Below are positions 49,110-58,306 of a DNA stretch of 64,000 nucleotides, piece by piece. Source of the stretch: Streptomyces sp. NPDC020983 (lineage in GTDB: Bacteria; Actinomycetota; Actinomycetes; Streptomycetales; Streptomycetaceae). Each line of letters begins with the position of its first letter. The stretch's first letter is position 1. Made by a program: the position numbers and the translations under genes. The notes beneath the pieces were generated by a model. It was not told the origin of the DNA, made no database searches, and saw only the letters and a program-made list of their open reading frames with translations. The stretch is taken from assembly GCF_044333485.1 (NCBI RefSeq), contig NZ_JBIRRA010000007.1:235730-299729 (forward strand). The letters are read 5' to 3'.

Positions 49110-49496
49110 AGGACCTCCCGGAAATGTCGCTGTCCGACTGACATCGTTGTCACGCAGTCGCGCGCGTCCACACGTTCGCAGGCCGCCCGGGGGCCGCCGG
49201 CAACGGGTGTCACGCGGGTGCCCTGCCGACCGGTGGTCCGAGTGTCGACGCGAGGCGCGTACATGTCAACCGGTAGGCCGGCCCCGGCTGCGGCCGCGCA
49301 GACCGGGGCGACCGGCCCCGGCCCCGCGGCCGGTGCTGCCGCCTCGTGCCCGAGGGGGTCCGATCCGCCGTGCGGCACGGGTCCCGCGGAGCCGCCGCAC
49401 GGCCGGCGCCCGCGGCGCGGGAGGGCGGATCCGCTTGGCCGGAACTCAGGTTTCTCCCGAGGACGTTGGGTGGGAAAACCGAGTGACGGGAAGTGA

Positions 49497-50180
49497 GTGA
49501 TGGGACACGGGCGAGCAACGGATGCCCCGCGGCTGCTGCTGGTCGAGGACGACCGCGAGCTGGGGGCCATGCTTTTCGACGTTCTGGGGGACGAGGGGTA
49601 TGCGGTCGACCTGGCGAACGACGGCCAGCGCGGTCTGCACCTCGGCCTGTCCCGGCAGTACGACGTGCTCGTCATCGACCGTCGCCTGCCGGTGCTCGAC
49701 GGCCTCGACCTGCTCGGCAGGCTGCGGTCACGCGCGGTCCGCGCCCCGGCGCTCGTGCTGACCGCGATGGGGACCGTGCGCGACCGGGTGGACGGCCTCG
49801 ACGCGGGAGCCGACGACTACCTGGTCAAGCCCTTCGTGCTGGACGAGCTGAGCGCGCGATTACGGGCGCTGTGCCGCCGCGCCGGTGACGTGGGCGACGT
49901 CCTGAAGATCGGCTCGGGCCGACTGCACGTGGGCGACCGTGAGGTCGAGCTGGCGGACGGCGCGCGGATCGCCCTGGCGGCACGGGAGTTCTCGCTGCTG
50001 TGGCTGCTGGCGGCGCACCCGGGCCTGGTCTACTCGCGCGCGGAACTGCGCAGGACGGTGTTCCGGGAGGCCCCCGCGTCGTCCATCGTCGACACCTACG
50101 TCTACTACCTGCGCCGCAAACTCGGACGGCAGGTCGTCCGCACCGTACGAGGACTGGGCTACAGCCTGGGGACCCTGTGA
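49497..50180 (+). CDS. OmpR-family two-component response regulator
   Basis: Receiver domain (LLLVEDD...VLVIDRRLP...LVLTAMG) plus a winged-helix output domain. Confidence 0.85.
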   Translation: MMGHGRATDAPRLLLVEDDRELGAMLFDVLGDEGYAVDLANDGQRGLHLGLSRQYDVLVIDRRLPVLDGLDLLGRLRSRAVRAPALVLTAMGTVRDRVDGLDAGADDYLVKPFVLDELSARLRALCRRAGDVGDVLKIGSGRLHVGDREVELADGARIALAAREFSLLWLLAAHPGLVYSRAELRRTVFREAPASSIVDTYVYYLRRKLGRQVVRTVRGLGYSLGTL

Positions 50181-51433
50181 GGACGGGCGCGGTGCCGCCC
50201 GAGCGCACGGCGGTGCGCCGGGCGCGGCTGCGGATCGCCCTGATCACGGCGGCGGTCATCACCTTGCTGGTCACCGCCGTCGGATGGGTCTGCGACACCG
50301 TCATGACGCGCGCCCAGAACGCCCAGGTGTGGCGGGAACTGCGCTTCGGTGCGGCGGTCGGCGATCTGACGAGGCCGCCGGTGTGCACCTGGCTGTTCGC
50401 CGACGGCGTGCCGCAGCTCGCGAACGCACCGGCCGGTTTCCCGCTGGCGGGGGACGTCGGCCAGGTACGCCGGACCGGCCGGGCCGTGGAACGCACCCTC
50501 CACCGCGACGGCACGGTCTACCTGGTCCGCACACAGCCGCGTGCCGGCGGCCTGGTGGTCCAGGCGGTGTTCGACATGCGCTACCAGCTGGCCGACCGCA
50601 CCCATCTGTGGTCCGCGCTCGGTGCCGCCGAGGTGGTGGGGCTGCTCGCCTCGGTGGGCGCCGGGGCACTCCTCGGGCGGGTGTCCGTGACGCCGCTGGC
50701 CGAGGCGCTCGCGCGGCAGCGCCGCTTCGTCACCGACGCCAGCCACGAACTGCGCACCCCGATCACCCAGGCCTACACCCGGGTGCAGGTGCTCTCGCGG
50801 CAGGCGGCCGCGCAGAAGCTGCCCGACGGGCACCGCGAGGGCCTGGACCGGCTCACCGGGTCGCTCGGCCGGCTCGGCGAGGTGCTCGACGACCTGCTGC
50901 TGTCGGCCAGCCTGATGGCGGGCCCGGCGCGGCAGTCGGACCACCGGCCGCTGGACCTGGCGGCCCTGGCCCGCTCCGTGGCCGCGGAGGAGTCGGAGAC
51001 GCTCGACGGCCGCGTCACCCTCCTCGTGGACGTCCCGCCCCAGCCCGTGCCGGTGAACGGCGTCGAGTCGGCGCTGCGCCGGGCCGTCGGCGAACTGCTC
51101 TCCAACGCCGCCCGCCACACCCCGCCGGGCGGCAGGATCGAGATGACGCTCGGCCGCGCGGACGGCACGGTCACGCTGACGGTCTGCGACACCGGACGCG
51201 GTTTCTCTCCCGCCGAGGCGGAGCGGCTGTTCGAGCGCTTCCACCGCGGCGGCGACGACGGCCGGTACGGGCTGGGGCTCGCCCTGCTGCGTGAGGTCGT
51301 CACCCGTCACGGCGGCACGGTCACCGCCTCCAGCCGTCCGGGGCACGGTGCCCGGTTCACCATCCGCCTGCCGGCCTGCGGCCCGCCGCTCACCCCCGGT
51401 CCGCCGCACCAGGCGACGGCAGGCCGTACGTGA
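50177..51433 (+). CDS. Two-component sensor histidine kinase
   Basis: GTGA overlap with the regulator gene. H-box FVTDASHELRTPIT. N, G1 and G2 boxes (LLSNAARHTP, VCDTGRGF, GLGLAL). Confidence 0.8.
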   Translation: MRTGAVPPERTAVRRARLRIALITAAVITLLVTAVGWVCDTVMTRAQNAQVWRELRFGAAVGDLTRPPVCTWLFADGVPQLANAPAGFPLAGDVGQVRRTGRAVERTLHRDGTVYLVRTQPRAGGLVVQAVFDMRYQLADRTHLWSALGAAEVVGLLASVGAGALLGRVSVTPLAEALARQRRFVTDASHELRTPITQAYTRVQVLSRQAAAQKLPDGHREGLDRLTGSLGRLGEVLDDLLLSASLMAGPARQSDHRPLDLAALARSVAAEESETLDGRVTLLVDVPPQPVPVNGVESALRRAVGELLSNAARHTPPGGRIEMTLGRADGTVTLTVCDTGRGFSPAEAERLFERFHRGGDDGRYGLGLALLREVVTRHGGTVTASSRPGHGARFTIRLPACGPPLTPGPPHQATAGRT

Positions 51434-52925
51434 CCACGAGCCGGGCCGCGGCGCGGACGTCCGCGTCCAGCGGGCGGTCCGGCTCGACGGCGGGTACCGC
51501 CCCGGCGAGGGCGTCCAGGAGCGCGGCGCACCGCGGCGCGGTCGGGCGGCGGGCCCCGACGTGCGCTGCCTGGCGCAGCCCCAGCGCGAGGGACCCGCAC
51601 AGCAGGTGGAGCAGCTCCGCCGCGTCGTAGGCCCGCAGGGCCGCCTGGGTGCCGAAGGGCACGACATCCTGGTTGTGGAGGTTCGTCGGCAGGCTCTGGA
51701 CACTGGCCGGCGCGGCGGCCCGCCGGATCTCCGCGACCAGCGCGGTGGTGGCCAGCTGGACGCCCTGCAGCCCGTGCTGCGCCCCCGGGGTGGCCGTCAG
51801 CATCGGCGGCAGGCCCCCGTTGCGGACGGGGTCGACCAGCAGGTCGAGCTGACGCTCGGCCAGGTTGCCCAGCTGGGCCGTGACCAGGGCGAGCAGGTCC
51901 GCCGCGAACGCCGCGGGCTGCCCGAAGAAGTTGCCGCCGTGCACCACCTTCCCCCGCTCCGGGCCGTCCGGGAGGAACAGCGGGTTGTCGCTGACGCCGT
52001 CGAGATCCGCCGCGACCACGCCGTCGATGTGGCGCAGCGCGTCCTCCGCGGCGCCGAGCAGCTGCGGGGCGCAGCGGATGCTGTAGGGCTCCTGCAGCGG
52101 CCTGCTGCCGGAGGGGGCGCCGCCGCCGAGCATCTCCCGCATCCGGACGCCGACGTCCCGCGCGCCGGGATGGCCGTAGGCGGCCAGCAGGTCCGCGTCG
52201 AGGAAGGCGGTGTCGCAGCCGAGGAGGTCGGCGAGCAGCGCGGTCAGGTCGGCGAGCGCCCGGTGGGCGTCGCGGACGGCGTCGCGCGCGAGGGCGGTGG
52301 CCGCGGTGGTGACCGGGGTGCCGTTCACCAGGGCGAGCGCGTCACGGCCGTCCAGGGTCAGGGGGCGCAGACCCGCCGCGGCCAGGGCGTCGGCGGCCGG
52401 CAGGCGGCGGCCGTCGAGGTAGGCGTGGCCGCGTCCGCGGAGGGCCTGCGTGGCGTAGGCGAGCGGGATGAGGTCGCCGCTCGCGCCGACCGATCCGTAA
52501 CGGGGCACCGCCGGTGAGAAGGTCGTCGCGAACATCGCGGCAAGGCGCTCGACGACCTCCTCGGAGACCCCGGACAGCCCGCGGGCGAGCGTGCGGGCGC
52601 GCAGCAGCAGGGCCGCGCGGGTGATCTCCTGCGGGAGGTCGGGCCCCTGGCCGGCGCCGAGGTGTGCCAGGGTGTTGTCGCACTGGTCGGCCTCGGAAGC
52701 GCGTCCGGCGTATCCGGCGAGTGCGCCGAAACCGGTGGTGGTCCCGTAGATCCGCGGCCCGGCGCCGTCCTCGCCCTGCCGGAGGGCGCGGAAGAGGCGT
52801 CTGCCGCGCCCGACGCGCGCCCGGACCTCCTCGTCGACGACGACGGTCAGCGGTGCGGCGGCCCGGCGCAGCGCGCCGGCGCCGAGGGGGCCGGTGAGAC
52901 GGACGGTCTGCGACGTGGTGGACAC
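51390..52925 (-). CDS. MIO-dependent aromatic amino-acid ammonia-lyase/aminomutase family enzyme (HAL/PAL/TAL/TAM superfamily)
   Basis: MIO-forming tripeptide in GSVGASGDLIPLAY. N-terminal YGTTTGFGALA. A-H-L at the selectivity-switch region. Confidence 0.8.
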   Translation of the reverse strand: MSTTSQTVRLTGPLGAGALRRAAAPLTVVVDEEVRARVGRGRRLFRALRQGEDGAGPRIYGTTTGFGALAGYAGRASEADQCDNTLAHLGAGQGPDLPQEITRAALLLRARTLARGLSGVSEEVVERLAAMFATTFSPAVPRYGSVGASGDLIPLAYATQALRGRGHAYLDGRRLPAADALAAAGLRPLTLDGRDALALVNGTPVTTAATALARDAVRDAHRALADLTALLADLLGCDTAFLDADLLAAYGHPGARDVGVRMREMLGGGAPSGSRPLQEPYSIRCAPQLLGAAEDALRHIDGVVAADLDGVSDNPLFLPDGPERGKVVHGGNFFGQPAAFAADLLALVTAQLGNLAERQLDLLVDPVRNGGLPPMLTATPGAQHGLQGVQLATTALVAEIRRAAAPASVQSLPTNLHNQDVVPFGTQAALRAYDAAELLHLLCGSLALGLRQAAHVGARRPTAPRCAALLDALAGAVPAVEPDRPLDADVRAAARLVVTYGLPSPGAADRG

Positions 52926-52969
52926 GTACGGGAACGTAGGCGGGCAATCTCAGAGCGCTCTGAAATCCC

Positions 52970-54562
52970 GTGGATAGCTTCCGCTCCATGACGCACGACT
53001 ACGTGATCATCGGAGCGGGCCCGGCGGGCCTGCAGCTTGCGGCCCTCATGGAACGTGACGGCGCCGACTACGTCGTCCTCGAGCGCGGCGCGGGCCCCGG
53101 CACCTTCTTCCGGCGCTTTCCGCGCCACCGCCGCCTCATCTCCAACAACAAGGTGCACACCGGGTACGAGGATCCGGAGCTGCGGCTGCGGATGGACTGG
53201 AACTCCCTGCTGAGCGACGACCCCGAGCTGCTGTTCACCCGGTACAGCCCGAGGTACTTCCCGCCGGCCGACGAGATGGTGCGCTACCTGACGGACTTCG
53301 CCGCCCGGACAGGGGTCCGGGCGCGGTACGGCACCGACGTGGCGCAGGTCTCCCGGGACGGTGCCGGCTTCGCCGTCACCGACCGCGCCGGGGAGGTGTG
53401 GCGGGCCCGGCGCCTGGTCGTCGCCACCGGCGTGTCCCTGCCCTACCTCCCACCGGTCCCGGGTATCGAACTGGCCGAACGCTACGACACCTTCGACCCG
53501 GCCCCGGAGTCCTTCACCGACCAGCGGGTCCTCGTCGTCGGCCGCGGCAACTCCGCCTTCGAGACCGCCGACAGCCTCATGGAGCACGCCGCGGTCATCC
53601 ACGTCGTGGGCCCCGGGTCGCTGCGGCTGGCCTGGCGGTCGCACTACGTGGGCCACCTGCGCGCGGTGAACAACAACTTCCTGGACAGCTACCAGCTGAA
53701 GGCGCAGAACGCGCTGCTGGACGGCCGGGTCCTCGCCGTACGCCGCGAGGCCGACGGCTTCCGCGTGCCGGTGGCCTTCGACCGGGTCGGCGGGGCGGTC
53801 AAGGAGCTCCGCTACGACCGGGTGATCGTCGCGACGGGCTTCCGGTTCGACGCCTCCTTCTTCGACGACTCCTGCGCGCCGGAGCTCGTCGTCGACGACC
53901 GCTTCCCGGCCATCACCCCCGTCGGCGAGTCGGTGAACGTCCCCGGGCTGTACTTCGCCGGGACGATCATGCAGGGGCACGACTTCAAGAAGGCGACGAC
54001 CGGATTCATCCACGGCTTCCGCTACACCGTCCGCGCCCTGCACCGGGCGATACGCCGGCGCCACCACGGCGAGCCCTGGCCGCAGACCGCCCTCGGCACG
54101 TCCACCGAGCGGGCCGTCGAGACGGTCATCGCCCGCGTCAACCGCTCCTCCGCGCTGTGGCAGCAGTTCGGCGTCCTCGGGGACGTGCTCCTCCTCGGCC
54201 CGGACGGCACCCTGCGCCACGTCGAGGAGGTGCCGGTCGCCCACGTGCCGGACGCCGTGCGCGCCGGGGACTTCGGGGCGGTGGACGCCCACGCCGTCGT
54301 CACCCTCGAATACGGGGCCGGCCACGACGAGGTGGATCCCTTCGACGTGTCGGCGGGCCGCAGCTCCCGGCCGGACGCCACCGGGCCGGACGGCCGTTAC
54401 CTGCACCCGGTCGTCCGCTGGTATCGCGACGGCGCGTTCGTCGCCGAGCACCACCTCACGGAGAATCTGGAGAACGCCTGGGACAGCGAGGAGGGCCACA
54501 GGGCGCCGCTGCGCGCGTTCCTCGCGGCGCACACGAGCCAGGCCGCCCCGGTGACGCCGTGA
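52970..54562 (+). CDS. FAD/NAD(P)-binding oxidoreductase (flavin-monooxygenase-like), paralogue A
   Basis: FAD motif DYVIIGAGPAGL and NAD(P) motif VLVVGRGNSAFETAD. About 520 aa. An alternative ATG is at 52988. Confidence 0.8.
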   Translation: MDSFRSMTHDYVIIGAGPAGLQLAALMERDGADYVVLERGAGPGTFFRRFPRHRRLISNNKVHTGYEDPELRLRMDWNSLLSDDPELLFTRYSPRYFPPADEMVRYLTDFAARTGVRARYGTDVAQVSRDGAGFAVTDRAGEVWRARRLVVATGVSLPYLPPVPGIELAERYDTFDPAPESFTDQRVLVVGRGNSAFETADSLMEHAAVIHVVGPGSLRLAWRSHYVGHLRAVNNNFLDSYQLKAQNALLDGRVLAVRREADGFRVPVAFDRVGGAVKELRYDRVIVATGFRFDASFFDDSCAPELVVDDRFPAITPVGESVNVPGLYFAGTIMQGHDFKKATTGFIHGFRYTVRALHRAIRRRHHGEPWPQTALGTSTERAVETVIARVNRSSALWQQFGVLGDVLLLGPDGTLRHVEEVPVAHVPDAVRAGDFGAVDAHAVVTLEYGAGHDEVDPFDVSAGRSSRPDATGPDGRYLHPVVRWYRDGAFVAEHHLTENLENAWDSEEGHRAPLRAFLAAHTSQAAPVTP

Positions 54563-55629
54563 CGCTGCGGGCGCTGCGCGAGGCCGCGCGGGAGGTTCTG
54601 GACCCCGTCCACTACGACTACGTGGCCGGCGGCGCGGGCGAGGAGCGCGTCCTCGCCGCCAACGAGCGCGCTTTCGACCGCTACGCGCTGTTGCCGCGCG
54701 TGCTGCGCGGCAACGAGGCGCGGGACACCTCCGTCCCGCTCCCGGGCGCCCGGCGGGCGTCGCCGGTCGTCGTCGCCCCCACGGCCTTCCACCGCCTGCT
54801 GCACCCGGACGGCGAACGGGCCACCGCACGCGCCGCCGCGGCCGAGGGCGCGGTCCTGGTGACCGGTGCGGCGGCCACGACCGCGGTCGCCGACGTCGTC
54901 CGCGCGGCCCGCGGCGCGGCGGCCGACCCGGCGGTGTGGTTCCAGCTGTACCTGCACCCCCGCCCCGAGGTCACGGCCGCGCTCGTACGGCGGGCCGAGG
55001 ACGCCGGCTGCACGGCCCTGGTCGTCACCGTGGACTCGCCGGTCCTCGGCCGGCACACCCGGGACCTGCGCAACGGCTTCACCGACCTGCCGCCCGGATA
55101 CGCGGCCGAGAACATGCGCGGCCTGCCCGGCGGCCCGCCCGGCGCCCTCACCGACATCCCCATGTCGCCCGCGGCCACCTGGCGCGACCTCGGCGGGGTC
55201 CTGGGCGCGACGGCGCTTCCCGTGGTCGTCAAGGGCGTCCTGCACCCGGCGGACGCGGCGGTGGCCGCCGCCGAGGGCGCCGCCGCGGTGGTCGTCTCCA
55301 ACCACGGCGGCCGCCAGTGCGACGCCGTCCCGGCGGCCGTGGACTGCCTGCCCGCCGTCGTCGACGCGGTCGCGGGCCGCGTCCCGGTGCTGCTCGACGG
55401 CGGGGTGCGCCGGGGCAGCGACGTCGCCGTCGCCCTCGCGCTGGGGGCGGCGGCCGTCGGCGTGGGGCGCCCGGTGGCGTGGGGCCTGGCCGCGGACGGG
55501 GAGCAGGGCGTCCGGCAGGTGCTGGCGACCCTGCGCGACGATTTCGACCACACGCTCGCCCTGTGCGGAGGGAGCCGCACCGCGGACCTGACGCGGGACA
55601 TGGTCGTCCGCAGGGACGCGCCGTGGTGA
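54559..55629 (+). CDS. FMN-dependent alpha-hydroxy-acid oxidase/dehydrogenase (lactate/mandelate/4-hydroxymandelate oxidase family)
   Basis: GTGA overlap with the upstream gene. SNHGGRQ motif (VVSNHGGRQCDAV) and the TIM-barrel FMN site. Confidence 0.8.
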   Translation: MTLRALREAAREVLDPVHYDYVAGGAGEERVLAANERAFDRYALLPRVLRGNEARDTSVPLPGARRASPVVVAPTAFHRLLHPDGERATARAAAAEGAVLVTGAAATTAVADVVRAARGAAADPAVWFQLYLHPRPEVTAALVRRAEDAGCTALVVTVDSPVLGRHTRDLRNGFTDLPPGYAAENMRGLPGGPPGALTDIPMSPAATWRDLGGVLGATALPVVVKGVLHPADAAVAAAEGAAAVVVSNHGGRQCDAVPAAVDCLPAVVDAVAGRVPVLLDGGVRRGSDVAVALALGAAAVGVGRPVAWGLAADGEQGVRQVLATLRDDFDHTLALCGGSRTADLTRDMVVRRDAPW

Positions 55630-56996
55630 GCCGCGGCACCGCGCCGGACGGCACCTGGTGGTTCCCGCGCGCCGTCGTGGCGCTGCGCGGAGCGATCTTC
55701 GAGAAGGTCAACGGGGACCGGGCCGTGACCCTCCCCGGCGCCACCCACGGACCGGAGGTGTTCGAACGGGTCTACGCCCATCCCGCCGCGGTGGGGCGGA
55801 GCGCGGGGGCGGGCCTGTCGGACCTGTTCTGGTACTGGCTCTCGCCGGGCCCCGAGGTCCACCAGGAGCACCTGGAGCCCGGGGAGCGCTACGAGGACGT
55901 GGCCGCGGCGACCCGGCGCATCCTGGCCGGGAGCTCCGCGGCGCACGAGGCGGCCGCGGCCCGCGCCGTCGCACGCGTCCTGGACGAGCTGCCCGGACAC
56001 CGTGTCAGCCTGGTGCGGCTGCGGGACCTGGTGATGCCCGCATGGGCGGAGTTCTCCTACGAGCTGGTGTTCAGGGAGCCGTGCCCCGCCCGGGCCAGGG
56101 AACTGATCACCGCCCACGCGGGCGACGTCATCGACTCGCTGAAGTGCACCGCGCTGCGCCACCCGCGCCGCCGCGCCCGCCTGACGGCGTATCTGCACCA
56201 CCGCGTCGCCGCCGGTGACGTGCCCCACCGGCTGCCGGCCTCGCTCTCGCTGCCCGAGCAGGTGCACTACCTCCAGGGCACCTTCTTCAACACCGCCGTC
56301 GTGCAGCTCTCGGAGGCCACCGCCCACCTGCTGCTCGCCCTCGCCCACCACCCCGGCGTCCAGCGGCGGCTGGCGGCCGACCCGGCGGACGCCACGGGCT
56401 TCGCACACGTCCTCGACGAGACGATGCGGCTCTTCCCGCTGTTCGGCATCGCGCACCGGATCACCAGGGGCGAGATCCCGCTCGACGAGGACACCGTGCT
56501 CCCGGCGGGCACCGTGGTGTGCTTCAGCTACCCCGACTACCACGCCACGGGCTACGAGCGCCCGGCCGAGTTCGACCCCGGCCGCTGGACCTCGCTGTCG
56601 CCGCGGGACGCCCACCACATCCCCTTCGGCATGGCGGCGAACCGCCCCTGCCCGGCATGGCGGCTGTCGCCGCTGGTGCTGCGCGCCGCCACCCGGGAGG
56701 TCCTCGGCCGCTTCCGGCTGGAGTCCACCGCCTCGCACACCCGCTCCATCCCGAACCGGGCCCCGTGCCTGCTGGTCCCGCACACCGCCGCGCCGGCGCC
56801 GCGCCGTCTGGCGGCGCTGCGCGGATACGTCAGGCTGCGCGACCGGGCCGAGGACGTCACCCGCGGGCTGACGCAACTGGCGCTCGGCACGGTCATGGTG
56901 CTGCACGCCCGCCGGCTGAGGCCGGCCGCACGCCACTTCGACCACGCCGAGGCCGGGGGCTGCCCGGCCTCCCGACCTGAAGGAGAGCCCCGATGA
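55626..56996 (+). CDS. Cytochrome P450 with atypical Cys-loop
   Basis: ExxR (ETMRLFP) and PERF-like FDPGRW motifs. A heme Cys-loop variant FGMAANRPCPAW. The GTG start overlaps the upstream stop. Confidence 0.7.
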   Translation: MSRGTAPDGTWWFPRAVVALRGAIFEKVNGDRAVTLPGATHGPEVFERVYAHPAAVGRSAGAGLSDLFWYWLSPGPEVHQEHLEPGERYEDVAAATRRILAGSSAAHEAAAARAVARVLDELPGHRVSLVRLRDLVMPAWAEFSYELVFREPCPARARELITAHAGDVIDSLKCTALRHPRRRARLTAYLHHRVAAGDVPHRLPASLSLPEQVHYLQGTFFNTAVVQLSEATAHLLLALAHHPGVQRRLAADPADATGFAHVLDETMRLFPLFGIAHRITRGEIPLDEDTVLPAGTVVCFSYPDYHATGYERPAEFDPGRWTSLSPRDAHHIPFGMAANRPCPAWRLSPLVLRAATREVLGRFRLESTASHTRSIPNRAPCLLVPHTAAPAPRRLAALRGYVRLRDRAEDVTRGLTQLALGTVMVLHARRLRPAARHFDHAEAGGCPASRPEGEPR

Positions 56997-58258
56997 GTCC
57001 CACGGAGCTCGGCCCCGCGTTCTTCCTCGCCGCCGTGGCGATCCTGGCCGCGTGCCGGCTGGTCAGCCGGGTGCTCGGCCGGTTCGGTCAGCCGCCCGTC
57101 GTGGGCGAGATGCTGGCCGGCGTGCTGCTCGGCCCCTCGCTGCTCGGCGCGCTGCTCCCCGGCGTCGAGAACCACCTGTTCCCGCACGAACTGCGGCCGG
57201 TCCTCTACGTCGCCGGGCAGATCGGGCTCGTCGCGTTCATGTTCCACGTCGGCTGGGACTTCCGGGTGGACCGGCTGCGGTCGGTCGCCAGGGCCGCCGC
57301 GATGGTCTCCGCCACGGGCGTGCTCGTCCCCGTGGGCCTCGGCGTCGCCCTCGTGGTGGCCGCGGGGGAGCGGACGGGCATCCTGGCCGGCAACGTGTCC
57401 ATGACGGTGTCGGCCCTCTTCGTCGGGGTCGCACTCGCCGTCACCGCCTTCCCGATGCTCGCACGGATCATCGACGAGCGCGGTCTGGCCGGCACCCGGC
57501 ACGGGTCGCTCTCGCTGGGAGCCGGCGCGGTGGACGACGTGGTCGCGTGGGTGCTCCTGGCGGGCGTGCTCAGCTTGGCCCACGGATCGGCCGGGCTGGT
57601 CTCCAAGGCCGTTCTCGGGGGGCTCGGGCTGGTGCTGGTCATGGCCGTGGTGCTGCGCACGCAGGGCCGCATCGCACGGCTGGCCGAGCGGACGGCGCCG
57701 GACCACCTGTTCTGGATCGTGGCCGGTGCGCTCTTCGTCGTGGCCTGGTACGCCGACGTCATCGGCCTGTACGCGGTCTTCGGCGCCTTCAGCCTGGGCG
57801 TGGTGTTCCCGCGGTCGCCGCGGCTGGACCGGACGGTGCGGACGCTCAACCCGGTGGGCACGCTCTTCGTGCCGCTGTTCTTCACCTACTCGGGGCTCAA
57901 CACGGACTTCACACTGCTGGGCTCGGGCCGGGTGCTGCTGTTCACGGCCGCCTGCGTGCTGTTCGCCGTGGCCGGGAAGTTCGGTGCCTGCTGGTTCGCC
58001 GCACGCGCCGCCGGCGAGCCGAACAGGGTGGCGCTGCGGGTCGGCGCGCTGATGAACGCACGGGGCCTGATGCAGCTGGTGGCGCTCAACCTGGGGCTGG
58101 AGGCGGGAATCGTGACCCGGGCGATGTTCAGCGCCCTGATCGTGGTCGCCCTCGTCACCACCACCATGACGACTCCGCTGCTCACACTGATCGAGCGGCG
58201 CGACCGGGCGCCGCGCGAGTCCGGCCTGCTCCCCGTCGCGGCGGCCGAGGTCGGCTGA
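56993..58258 (+). CDS. Cation:proton antiporter (CPA2 / Kef-type Na+/H+ exchanger family)
   Basis: A 421-aa protein with about 12 TM segments. ATGA-coupled to the P450 gene. Confidence 0.85.
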   Translation: MSPTELGPAFFLAAVAILAACRLVSRVLGRFGQPPVVGEMLAGVLLGPSLLGALLPGVENHLFPHELRPVLYVAGQIGLVAFMFHVGWDFRVDRLRSVARAAAMVSATGVLVPVGLGVALVVAAGERTGILAGNVSMTVSALFVGVALAVTAFPMLARIIDERGLAGTRHGSLSLGAGAVDDVVAWVLLAGVLSLAHGSAGLVSKAVLGGLGLVLVMAVVLRTQGRIARLAERTAPDHLFWIVAGALFVVAWYADVIGLYAVFGAFSLGVVFPRSPRLDRTVRTLNPVGTLFVPLFFTYSGLNTDFTLLGSGRVLLFTAACVLFAVAGKFGACWFAARAAGEPNRVALRVGALMNARGLMQLVALNLGLEAGIVTRAMFSALIVVALVTTTMTTPLLTLIERRDRAPRESGLLPVAAAEVG

Positions 58259-58306
58259 GCCGGCGTGTCCCCGGTGCCGTGCGCCGGGGACACGCGCACG
58301 CGCCCG

